Below, piece by piece: positions 24,002 to 32,207 of a DNA stretch of 32,207 nucleotides. A program made the translations under genes and the position numbers. Origin of the DNA: Microcoleaceae cyanobacterium (lineage in GTDB: Bacteria; Cyanobacteriota; Cyanobacteriia; Cyanobacteriales; Microcoleaceae); contig JBOFUV010000136.1 in assembly GCA_051652765.1 (NCBI GenBank), positions 1-32,207 on the forward strand, in the 5' to 3' direction. Below the pieces are notes generated by a model that was given only the letters and a program-made list of their open reading frames with translations, ran no database searches and was not told where the DNA came from. Each line of letters starts with the position of its first letter. Position 1 is the first letter of the stretch.

Positions 24002-25837
24002 ATGATTGAATTTTTTTTGAAAACTGTTTGGTGGATACCGTGTTATCCGTTGATTGGCGCGTTATTGTCAGTTCCTTGGTCTCCGGCAATTATTCGGCGC
24101 ACAGGGCCACGACCTGCGGGCTACATTAACATTTTGATGACGTTGCTTGCGTTCTTACACAGTGTGTTGGCGCTGCAAGGCATTTGGGGCCAACCTGCCC
24201 ATGAGCTGATCATTCCCTGGTTGCAAGTGGTTGATCTCGATTTTTCCATTCCCCTGGATATCTCAATGGTTACCCTTGGGGCAACGGTAGTGATTACTGG
24301 GTTAAATCTGGCTGCCCAAATTTATGCGGTTGGCTACATGGAAATGGACTGGGGATGGGCCAGATTCTATTCCCTTTTGGCTCTATTTGAGGCTGGGCTT
24401 TCGGGTTTAGTGTTGTGTGATTCTCTGTTTTATAGCTACATTATTCTGGAAATTCTCACCCTGGGAACCTATTTGTTGGTCGGGTTCTGGTTCAATCAGT
24501 CTTTAGTTGTCACGGGGGCTAGGGATGCCTTTCTAACGAAACGGGTCGGGGATTTGTTTCTGTTAATGGGAGTTGTGGCGCTCTATCCCTTGGCAGGAAC
24601 CTGGAACTTTTCAGAGTTAGCCACTTGGGCAGCCACAACTGACCTTGATCCCAAAACAGCACTGCTGCTCGGTTTGGTGTTGCTGGCAGGGCCTGTCGGG
24701 AAATGTGCTCAGTTTCCCTTGCACCTATGGCTGGATGAGGCGATGGAAGGCCCGATGCCCAGTACAATTCTACGGAACGCGGTGGTTGTGACTGCCGGGG
24801 CTTGGGTTTTGGTCAAGCTTGAACCGATCTTAGCCCTATCGCCAACGGTCATGTCAGCAACTGTTTTTGTGGGGGCGGCAACGGCGGTGGGTGCAAGTTT
24901 GATTGCGATCGCCCAGATTGATGCTAAGCGCTCGATTTCCTATTCAGTCAGCGCCTACATGGGAATTATTTTTATTGCCATTGGGACTGGACAGACCGCA
25001 AGTGCTTTCTTGTTAATGCTGACCTATGCGTTTGGGATGGCTCTTTTGGTGATGAGTGTTGGCATGGTGGTATTAAACTGTATTACTCAAGATTTAACTC
25101 AGTACGGTGGGCTGTGGTCACGGCGACCGATCACAGGGCTGTGTTTTATTATTGGAGCAGCGACCTTGATTGCGTGCCCTCCCTTTGGCGGATTTTGGGC
25201 CGTTCAAAGGCTAGCAGAAAACCTTTGGGTAACTCATCCTGGGGTTGCCTTGGTTCCATTGATTGTGAATGGGGTGACGGCATTTAGTTTAACCCGTGAG
25301 TTTGGGTTGATTTTTACAGGCAAGTCCAAACCCATGACGGTGCGCTCTCCAGAACCTCTGTGGGCGATGGTATTACCCACTACAATTCTGGCGGGATTTT
25401 GTCTCCATTTGCCTTTGTTGCTCTGGCAATGTCAGCTCATTCCATCCTGGGCCAACTTAAATAAAACTGTGGCCTTGAGTTCCCTACTCTCGACCGGAAT
25501 TGGAGTCGGAATTGGTGCTTTAATTTACTGCAATGAGAAGTGGGAAAAACCTGTTAAGCTTCCCTCCCAAGCCGTTCAGGACTTTTTTGCTTACGATTTT
25601 TACACTGCAAAGCTTTACCGAGTCACGATTATTGCCATTGTTGCAGTCATCTCCAAGTTGATGTTCTGGATCGATCAATACCTAGTCGATGGCGTGGTGA
25701 ATTTAGTCGGTTTGGCAACCATTTTTGGTGGACAAAGCCTGCGTTATAACGTCTCGGGTCAAACCCAATTTTATGCCCTGACGATTGTTTTAGGGATGGC
25801 CGCGTTCCTAGGTTTGTTGGTCTATGGCCTGTTTTAA
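24002..25837 (+). CDS. ndhF3: NDH-1 subunit F3 (CO2 uptake)
   Basis: RRTGPRPAGYIN, GYMEMDWGWARF, ARDAFLTKRVGD, KCAQFPLHLWLDEAMEGP; operon with ndhD3-cupA. Confidence 0.92.
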   Translation: MIEFFLKTVWWIPCYPLIGALLSVPWSPAIIRRTGPRPAGYINILMTLLAFLHSVLALQGIWGQPAHELIIPWLQVVDLDFSIPLDISMVTLGATVVITGLNLAAQIYAVGYMEMDWGWARFYSLLALFEAGLSGLVLCDSLFYSYIILEILTLGTYLLVGFWFNQSLVVTGARDAFLTKRVGDLFLLMGVVALYPLAGTWNFSELATWAATTDLDPKTALLLGLVLLAGPVGKCAQFPLHLWLDEAMEGPMPSTILRNAVVVTAGAWVLVKLEPILALSPTVMSATVFVGAATAVGASLIAIAQIDAKRSISYSVSAYMGIIFIAIGTGQTASAFLLMLTYAFGMALLVMSVGMVVLNCITQDLTQYGGLWSRRPITGLCFIIGAATLIACPPFGGFWAVQRLAENLWVTHPGVALVPLIVNGVTAFSLTREFGLIFTGKSKPMTVRSPEPLWAMVLPTTILAGFCLHLPLLLWQCQLIPSWANLNKTVALSSLLSTGIGVGIGALIYCNEKWEKPVKLPSQAVQDFFAYDFYTAKLYRVTIIAIVAVISKLMFWIDQYLVDGVVNLVGLATIFGGQSLRYNVSGQTQFYALTIVLGMAAFLGLLVYGLF

Positions 25838-25918
25838 CCCGGTTAATTTCCTGTTGACACCAGTCCACTGGCAATTCATCTGATTGAATTCCTGAATTAA
25901 TTAAATTCCTGGATTAAC

Positions 25919-27463
25919 ATGACACTGAGCTTATTTATTCTGATTCCAGTTTTAGGGGCTGCTTTAGTGGCATTCTTGCCCACCTCCCTAACTGCTAGAC
26001 AAGTTCGGGCCCTAGCCTTGGGTGTGATAGTAACGGTTCTGCTCTGGACGGTGAAGCTGGCCTGGGCCTTTGATCTCACGACGGCTTCATTCCAGTTTTC
26101 AGAGTATTACTCCTGGATTCCTCAGTTGGGCCTGTCTTACAGTTTGGGAACGGATGGTTTGTCCTTTCCGCTGTTGGCGTTGAATGGGGTTTTGGTGGCG
26201 ATCGCCATTTCCAGTACAAGACCGGATATTCATCGTCCGCGCTTGTACTATTCCTTGATTTTGTTGGTCAATGCGGCGATTGCTGGGGCGTTCCTGGCTC
26301 AAAATTTACTGCTGTTCGTGTTGTTTTATGAATTGGAACTGATTCCAGTTTATTTGTTGATTGCGATTTGGGGCAGTGAGAAACGGGGCTACGCCGCTAT
26401 GAAGTTTCTGCTGTACACCGCTGTATCCGGCATTCTCATTCTGGCCGGATTTCTAGGCGTTGCTTGGCTGAGCAACGCTACCAGTTTTGATTACCGAGGG
26501 CTAGATACCCGCAGTTTGTCCACGACGGTTCAATTGGTGTTGCTGACTTTACTGCTGGTCGGATTTGGGATTAAGATTCCTCTGGTTCCCCTTCACACCT
26601 GGTTACCTGATGCCTATGTAGAGTCTTCCGCCCCTGTGACGATTCTTTTGGGTGGGATTCTGGCAAAACTGGGAACCTACGGCTTGATCCGCTTCTGCTT
26701 CCAACTTTTCCCGGAAACCTGGCAATTGATTGCCCCTAGCCTGTCGATCATTGGCGTGGTCAGCGTGATGTATGGGGCGTTAACGGCCATTGCCCAGCAG
26801 GATATTAAACGGATGGTGGCTTATAGTTCCATTGGTCACATGGGTTACATTGTGGTTGCTGCTGCTGCTGGAACTCCAGTTAGTTTGATTGGGGCGATCG
26901 CCCAGATGGTGGCTCACGGGTTAATTCTGGCGATTCTCTTCCATCTAGTGGGAGTGGTTGAAACCAAGGTCGGAACTCGGGATCTAAATGTCCTGAATGG
27001 CTTAATGAATCCGATCCGGGGATTGCCTCTGGTGAGTGGATTGCTGATTATGGCTGGAATGGCAAGTGCTGGGATTCCTGGATTAGTTGGGTTTGTGGCT
27101 GAATTCTTGGTGTTTCAAGGAACATTTTCGGTGTTTCCGATCCAAAGCTTGCTGTGCATTATTGCATCGGGTTTAACAGCGGTTTACTTTGTGATTCTGC
27201 TCAATCGCACTTGTTTTGGCAAGTTGGATAATGACTCTGCTTATTATCCTGTGGTGAACAATTCAGAACAGGCTCCGGCTCTAGTTTTAGCTGCATTAAT
27301 TTTCTTCTTGGGTGTACAACCGGGTTGGCTGCTGCGCTGGATTGAACCCACCGTTAAAGCGATGGTGGTTGCCTTTGACCATCCTTCCCCTACCCAAGTT
27401 GCATTGAAGGCGTTTAATCCTGAAAACAGCGATCGCCGTGGCTCAGGTATCTTGCCTAACTAA
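25919..27463 (+). CDS. ndhD3: NDH-1 subunit D3 (CO2 uptake)
   Basis: GIKIPLVPLHTWLPDAY, KLGTYGL, QDIKRMVAYSSIGHMG, LNGLMNPIRGLP; lies between ndhF3 and cupA. Confidence 0.92.
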   Translation: MTLSLFILIPVLGAALVAFLPTSLTARQVRALALGVIVTVLLWTVKLAWAFDLTTASFQFSEYYSWIPQLGLSYSLGTDGLSFPLLALNGVLVAIAISSTRPDIHRPRLYYSLILLVNAAIAGAFLAQNLLLFVLFYELELIPVYLLIAIWGSEKRGYAAMKFLLYTAVSGILILAGFLGVAWLSNATSFDYRGLDTRSLSTTVQLVLLTLLLVGFGIKIPLVPLHTWLPDAYVESSAPVTILLGGILAKLGTYGLIRFCFQLFPETWQLIAPSLSIIGVVSVMYGALTAIAQQDIKRMVAYSSIGHMGYIVVAAAAGTPVSLIGAIAQMVAHGLILAILFHLVGVVETKVGTRDLNVLNGLMNPIRGLPLVSGLLIMAGMASAGIPGLVGFVAEFLVFQGTFSVFPIQSLLCIIASGLTAVYFVILLNRTCFGKLDNDSAYYPVVNNSEQAPALVLAALIFFLGVQPGWLLRWIEPTVKAMVVAFDHPSPTQVALKAFNPENSDRRGSGILPN

Positions 27464-27470
27464 AAATTTC

Positions 27471-27530
27471 AAGTTCCCTTTTTCTAGAGGCGAAGCGCTT
27501 CTCGTTAGAGTAGGGGGATTGAAGTGGGAT
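27471..27530. repeat. Degenerate CCCCCTT...AAGGGGG-type dispersed repeat carrying an SDR-like insert
   Basis: AAGTTCCCTTTTT[CTAGAGGCGAAGCGCTTCTCGTTAGAGTA]GGGGGATT; the insert forms two mini-hairpins. Confidence 0.35.
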
Positions 27531-27689
27531 TGATCTGGATTACACGTTAACAAAAACGGCTGTATGTCCTCAGTCTTCTCTGTTTCAAAGTCTGAATTTT
27601 CACGCTGTTTTGACTGGCTTAGCCCCCATTCTCGACTCCCCCTCCAACTCCCGATCTGATCTAGCAAAACTATCGTTGAGACTTTACCT

Positions 27690-28997
27690 ATGACTGTTGC
27701 AGTTGAACCTCAAACCAAGCCTGTTTTACCCCCATCTACCCATGAATTTCCAGATGTGATTCATCGGTTGGAAGCAGGGGGCACAATGCTGCCGGACACG
27801 CCAGAAAATCTGATGCAAATTATTGGATTGTATAAAGCGTATGCCGTGCCTATGGATTTTTATTGGCGGGATTTACTCTATATTGGGGAACAGGTTTTTC
27901 TAGAACCCTTGCCATTTTTCAAGTACTTTATCCCTCAAGACTATTTAGATCGACACAATCACTACGCGGGGGAGGATGCTGACCTCCGGATTTGGCGGGG
28001 GGAAGCCTCTACCCATCCAGAATTGCTGGCTTTTATTGAAAAAGGAGAGGTAAAGTCCAAGCTGCCGCGCCTGTTTCATCACTTGTTCCACGACCGCATC
28101 AATATGGAATTTGCTGAAGAGTGTATGCGGGCAATGTTCTGGCATGGTCGGGATATGGGCATGGGGTTATTTGATGCCTATTTGGATAGTGAAGAATATC
28201 GGCAAAACGCCGATCGAGCAATCAAGGCTTATTTCAAGGGCAATCCCCTGATGTTGGGGCTGTACCAACTCTTTCCAGAGATGTTTCTGGAGCAGTGCCG
28301 CCAAGCCTCTTACTATGCCAACTTGGGCCTGTTCTGGGAAGTCATGGCTCCGGTGTTTTTTGAAATGTCTGATCTGTATGATGAGGGCAAGCTGACCAGC
28401 GTTCCCGAGGCGATGAATTTTTTGGTGAATGGAATTTTTGCGATCGCGGGACGGCCCATTTACCACCATGTTTATATCCGGGGAGAATGTTACGAGGTTA
28501 TTCCCAAGTCCAAAGGGTTCATGTGGCTGTACGAGGCTGCCCTACCCTATGTTGAAGCGGTGTTCTATCGTACGTCGCCGTTTCGTGGCACAAAGTCTTA
28601 CAATGCCCAAGCCAAGCAGGTTCCTGATGAACAAAAGGACTTTCACTACGGGGTGCTGTATGCGGATAAGTTTCCCGTCGGGACAGCGGGCATTCCGCCT
28701 ACCTTGTTAGCTCAGGATATGTTCCACTTTTTGCCTCAGTATTTAGTGGAGTATTACCAAGGGTATTGTCGAGGAGAGCAGGATATGTTGATTCAGCTCG
28801 CGATTAGCTTTCAGCGCTCTATGTACTGCGTGACCTCAGCGGTAATTCAAGCCTTGCGAACGGCGTTGCTATACCCCCTAGATGATCCAAATCCGAAGCA
28901 CCTGATGGCGAACCGGAAGTTCTTTGAGGCTCAGGTGGATCGCTTTAAGCGCCCCGAGGCGCGTCTACGGAATATTCAGTCCCAGGATTATCGATGA
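27690..28997 (+). CDS. cupA: CO2 hydration protein CupA (ChpY)
   Basis: PPSTHEFPDVIHRLEAGG.MLPDTPENLMQIIG.YKAYAVPMDFYWRDL; the 435-aa length fits CupA rather than the shorter CupB. Confidence 0.93.
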   Translation: MTVAVEPQTKPVLPPSTHEFPDVIHRLEAGGTMLPDTPENLMQIIGLYKAYAVPMDFYWRDLLYIGEQVFLEPLPFFKYFIPQDYLDRHNHYAGEDADLRIWRGEASTHPELLAFIEKGEVKSKLPRLFHHLFHDRINMEFAEECMRAMFWHGRDMGMGLFDAYLDSEEYRQNADRAIKAYFKGNPLMLGLYQLFPEMFLEQCRQASYYANLGLFWEVMAPVFFEMSDLYDEGKLTSVPEAMNFLVNGIFAIAGRPIYHHVYIRGECYEVIPKSKGFMWLYEAALPYVEAVFYRTSPFRGTKSYNAQAKQVPDEQKDFHYGVLYADKFPVGTAGIPPTLLAQDMFHFLPQYLVEYYQGYCRGEQDMLIQLAISFQRSMYCVTSAVIQALRTALLYPLDDPNPKHLMANRKFFEAQVDRFKRPEARLRNIQSQDYR

Positions 28998-29062
28998 ACA
29001 CTATCGATAGAGATTCAGTTAGTCCTGATTGCCACACCGTTTGTAACGAGATCTGAATCAGC

Positions 29063-29101
29063 AATCAAGCGGGGTTTAGGGGATCAAACCCCGCTTGATT
29101 T
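29063..29101. terminator. Bidirectional terminator hairpin between cupA and the phosphatase gene
   Basis: AATCAAGCGGGGTTT/AAACCCCGCTTGATT perfect 15-bp stem. Confidence 0.8.
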
Positions 29102-29150
29102 CGAGACCAACTAACCCAGCCCAGACCTAATCCAATCTAATCACTGCTAC

Positions 29151-29870
29151 CTAGTAGGTGTTATAACGCCCAAAATCGTTGATCCAGGCAGTCCGGGACT
29201 GACCGCCTTGATTTGCTTGCCAAACTTGACCACTCGTCACATCCAAACAGGTTAGCCAGCCTCGGCCATAGACCCAGGTGTCAATACAGATAGCATGGCC
29301 TAAATTCAGAGGTTCGCCACTTTTTTGGCTGGTATGACCACAGACCATCGTTTTCCCAGAACGATGGGGAGCAGGTCGATTAAACTTCTGCCAAAACAGC
29401 ATCCGTTCAGGTTGCTGACTCAGGGGCAGATTAGAATAGGCATTAGCATGGACAAAGAAGTGGGACGTTGTTTCCCACCAATTCACACAAATTTTCTCTA
29501 GAAAGTGCCAATGCTCTTCCGGAATACAGGCTAAACCCCTACTCTCCCCTGTTTCGGTGTAGGAATCTAGGGTTTCCTCACCCCCTGCAGATAGCCAGTG
29601 ATAGAGAGCAAACCGTTCTGACTGCCTTGCCCGCAGCATCATAAGTTCATGATTTCCCCTGAGGGCAATCAATTGTCCCTTTCGGTGCAGTGTCATTAAG
29701 CGCTCGATTACCCCCTTGGAGTCTGGCCCACGATCAACATAGTCTCCTAGGGTGACCACTTGGTCTTGGGGTTGTAACCGAACTGCAGTCATCAAGGTGT
29801 CCCATGCAGTTAAACAGCCGTGAATATCCCCTACTGCTAAAACTCGCGCTGCTCTCTGGATGCTAGTCAT
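29151..29870 (-). CDS. PPP-family Ser/Thr protein phosphatase (metallophosphoesterase, PrpA/PphA-like)
   Basis: [31 protein letters not shown] motifs. Confidence 0.92.
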   Translation of the reverse strand: MTSIQRAARVLAVGDIHGCLTAWDTLMTAVRLQPQDQVVTLGDYVDRGPDSKGVIERLMTLHRKGQLIALRGNHELMMLRARQSERFALYHWLSAGGEETLDSYTETGESRGLACIPEEHWHFLEKICVNWWETTSHFFVHANAYSNLPLSQQPERMLFWQKFNRPAPHRSGKTMVCGHTSQKSGEPLNLGHAICIDTWVYGRGWLTCLDVTSGQVWQANQGGQSRTAWINDFGRYNTY

Positions 29871-30363
29871 GAACTACAACAGGTGTTCCCACTGATGCCC
29901 ACTCAAACAGCCACTCTGCATGGTTTACTGCAACATTTGTACAACCGTGGCTGACCGGGGTACCAAACCTCTGATGCCAATACGCACCGTGAATCGCCAT
30001 GCCGCCATCATAATACATCGTATAAGGAACGTCTGGAACGTCATAATCTGGCCCTTGCATTCGAGTCTCTTGATGCTTTGTCTGGATCTCAAAGGTGCCT
30101 TTGCGAGTGGGGGTTGAGGGTTTTCCTGTAGAGACCACTATGGCATAAACGGCCTTGTTGCCTTCCCAAGCAATTAATCGCTGTCGAGCTAAATCAATCT
30201 CAATCCAGCGATCTGAGGATTCTTGCAATTCCAACATCCGATAGGCGATTACATCGTGAAGGGCACTAGCTTGGGTTAACCCTGGAGTTGGAAACCAGAC
30301 AGCTAAACTCAGTACGACACTGGCCGCTAGCGTTCTAAGAGAATGAAAATTGTTCCAGTTCAT
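29863..30363 (-). CDS. L,D-transpeptidase (YkuD domain), exported
   Basis: [37 protein letters not shown] catalytic motif; signal peptide. Confidence 0.93.
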   Translation of the reverse strand: MNWNNFHSLRTLAASVVLSLAVWFPTPGLTQASALHDVIAYRMLELQESSDRWIEIDLARQRLIAWEGNKAVYAIVVSTGKPSTPTRKGTFEIQTKHQETRMQGPDYDVPDVPYTMYYDGGMAIHGAYWHQRFGTPVSHGCTNVAVNHAEWLFEWASVGTPVVVHD

Positions 30364-30720
30364 CTTGAATTTCTCCCATCAGCAACGTTTCACCCTGACG
30401 TGCTTCCTTGCAACACTAAATTATGTAAACCCTTTCTAGTTCTGAACTTTACTTTGGATTTTTACTTTGAACTTTTACTATGAACTTTATTTTAAATTTT
30501 AGCCTTATCTTAACATAAATCTGTGCTCCCATCTGGGGAGTGCTCAACTCTCCAATTGATCTATGGCATCCATGGCAATCTCGAATGATATTAAACTGGA
30601 GCAGAAGCAGAGATTGTCCCAGGGTCGCTGCTTATAGGTGTACTGTTCGTATTAGCGGTCGGATGTGGCGGCTCTACGGTATATTCTGATCACGATTCAA
30701 AAAAATACTTAGTCGGTTCA

Positions 30721-31827
30721 ATGATTTCAAATCTCAAGTTACCCACTTGGCTGAATCTGTGTCTTGTATTCCCAATTTTAGCTCTGGATGCATGGCTACT
30801 TGTCCGACTCTGCCAATTTTTACAGCCCATCCCTAGCATCATTGTTACGGCTAGCCTGATTGCTTTTCTACTCGAATTTCCGATTATCTCCCTGGAAAAA
30901 CAAGGTTTGAAACGAACCTGGGCAATTTTACTGGTGCTGTTGGTGGCTCTGGTAATATTCAGCCTCATCAGTTTGATTCTTGGCCCGCTTGTTGTGCAGC
31001 AATCGATTGAATTTGCTAAGCGCCTACCTGACTGGTTGAATAAAGCTGAGCAGCAGTTACAAATCTTGTCTGACCGGGGCATTCTACAAAATCTACCTTT
31101 CAACCTGAGTGGTTTAGCAGATCAGATCTCTGATCAAATTTCAAGTACATTCAATTCTTTCACTAGTAGACTGATTAATTTTACCTTTGAGACCATTAAT
31201 GGTACCCTCAATTTTTTGGTTACCCTAGTACTCTCAATTTTGCTAGTGATTAGTGGGCCTATGTTGTGGGAAGGGCTGTTGAGCTGGCTGCCGCCTTTGT
31301 GGAGCGATCGCGTTCAAATGGCACTTCGACCTAGCTTCCAGGGGTATTTTTCAGGGCAGGCCATCATTGCCTCAATTCTAGGAGTGGTGCTTTCAATCGC
31401 ATTTACACTGCTCAAAATTCCCTTTGGTTTGCTCTTTGGGATTGGGATTGGGGTTGCGAGTGTGATTCCTTTTGGCGGAATCACTACGATTGCTCTGGTG
31501 AGTGGATTGCTGGCGTTTCAAGATGTCTGGCTAGGGACAAAGGTACTGGCTACAGCTCTGATTCTTGGGCAGATTAATGAAAATGTAATTGCGCCTCGCC
31601 TCATTGGCGGGATTACTGGGTTAAATCCTGCAGTTGTGTTTATTTCTCTATTAGTAGGGGCACGCTCTGGCGGATTTTTGGGGTTGATTCTAGCAGTTCC
31701 AACTGCAAGTTTTGTTAAGCGAATTGCAGATACATTCAAGTATCCTGGAAACTATTCTGAGGATGGTGAGACCAATCCATTGAGCCCCCCTGCTGTTCTA
31801 GGAACTTCAGACCCATCAAGAGCTTGA
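30721..31827 (+). CDS. AI-2E (PerM/UPF0118) family transporter
   Basis: Multi-TM; GYFSGQ, IPFGG, QINENVIAPRLIG..TGLNP..VFISLL.G...GGFLGLILAVP. Confidence 0.9.
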   Translation: MISNLKLPTWLNLCLVFPILALDAWLLVRLCQFLQPIPSIIVTASLIAFLLEFPIISLEKQGLKRTWAILLVLLVALVIFSLISLILGPLVVQQSIEFAKRLPDWLNKAEQQLQILSDRGILQNLPFNLSGLADQISDQISSTFNSFTSRLINFTFETINGTLNFLVTLVLSILLVISGPMLWEGLLSWLPPLWSDRVQMALRPSFQGYFSGQAIIASILGVVLSIAFTLLKIPFGLLFGIGIGVASVIPFGGITTIALVSGLLAFQDVWLGTKVLATALILGQINENVIAPRLIGGITGLNPAVVFISLLVGARSGGFLGLILAVPTASFVKRIADTFKYPGNYSEDGETNPLSPPAVLGTSDPSRA

Positions 31828-31959
31828 GATCCAACAAATAATCAACAAATATTTGAGATTACAACAGGAGAGTAACAGTTTTTTTAGGCTCTAAAATATT
31901 CGTTTGGCTTGGGTTCCAAATATAGAGATTCTTACCATCAAGCTAGATTACAAGCCAGA

Positions 31960-32207
31960 TTAGCTCTCAACATTCATTCTCAACCAAATGGTTACCGTTG
32001 TTCCCAATAATGTGGGTGAAGACTCAGGAAAATCCTCAGGAACCCATTGGCGGCTCAACGGCGATACAATCCAAATATCTCCATCCATTTGCTGGATGAG
32101 ATCCTGAGTGATTGCCAGTCCTAAGCCTGTGCCAGGAATATTTCCCTTTGCCTGTGCCCCGCGATACCCGCGTTGAAACAGATGGTCTAAATCTTCTGCT
32201 GGAATGC
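31960..32207 (-). CDS. Sensor histidine kinase, C-terminal HATPase fragment (Hik2/CSK-like), truncated by window edge
   Basis: Manual translation IPAEDLDHLFQRGYRGAQAKGNIPGTGLGLAITQDLIQQMDGDIWIVSP...GTTVTIWLRMNVES*; F and G2 boxes. Confidence 0.85.
   Translation of the reverse strand, partial: IPAEDLDHLFQRGYRGAQAKGNIPGTGLGLAITQDLIQQMDGDIWIVSPLSRQWVPEDFPESSPTLLGTTVTIWLRMNVES

Noticed and set aside
798..31739. Many short antisense or alternate-frame ORFs overlapping the called genes
   Set aside because: Shadow ORFs of well-supported genes with no recognisable motifs

Overview
Cyanobacterial chromosome segment (frequent HIP1 GCGATCGC; NDH-1 CO2-uptake genes, SigF, Tic20, Hik2-like kinase). The first ~4.9 kb is an accessory, defence-like patch. 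It holds the end of an IS630 element, a doubly inactivated membrane-protein gene, two PIN-type toxin-antitoxin pairs, and two integron attC-like sites bracketing an ORF-less structured cassette. Its most notable element is a two-gene module: a small helical Bell/HeLo-like protein and an NB-ARC-TPR NLR share a 17-aa motif (effector C-terminus AEKIGVVNQGTIINQTN, NLR N-terminus ANKVGVVNLATVYGQTN), the architecture of amyloid-signalling immune/cell-death systems. After this come a 1447-aa RTX/Ig/PPC/S8/FG-GAP protease, Uma2, and mostly core genes: cinA, a wecA-like transferase, glyA, tic20, an orphan NHLP-type C39 ABC exporter, a PG-binding protein, an InrS/CsoR-like repressor, a CNT transporter, a probable 6S RNA, sigF, ndhF3-ndhD3-cupA, a PPP phosphatase, an L,D-transpeptidase, an AI-2E transporter and a histidine kinase 3' end. 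All family calls come from motif recognition by eye; no searches were run.
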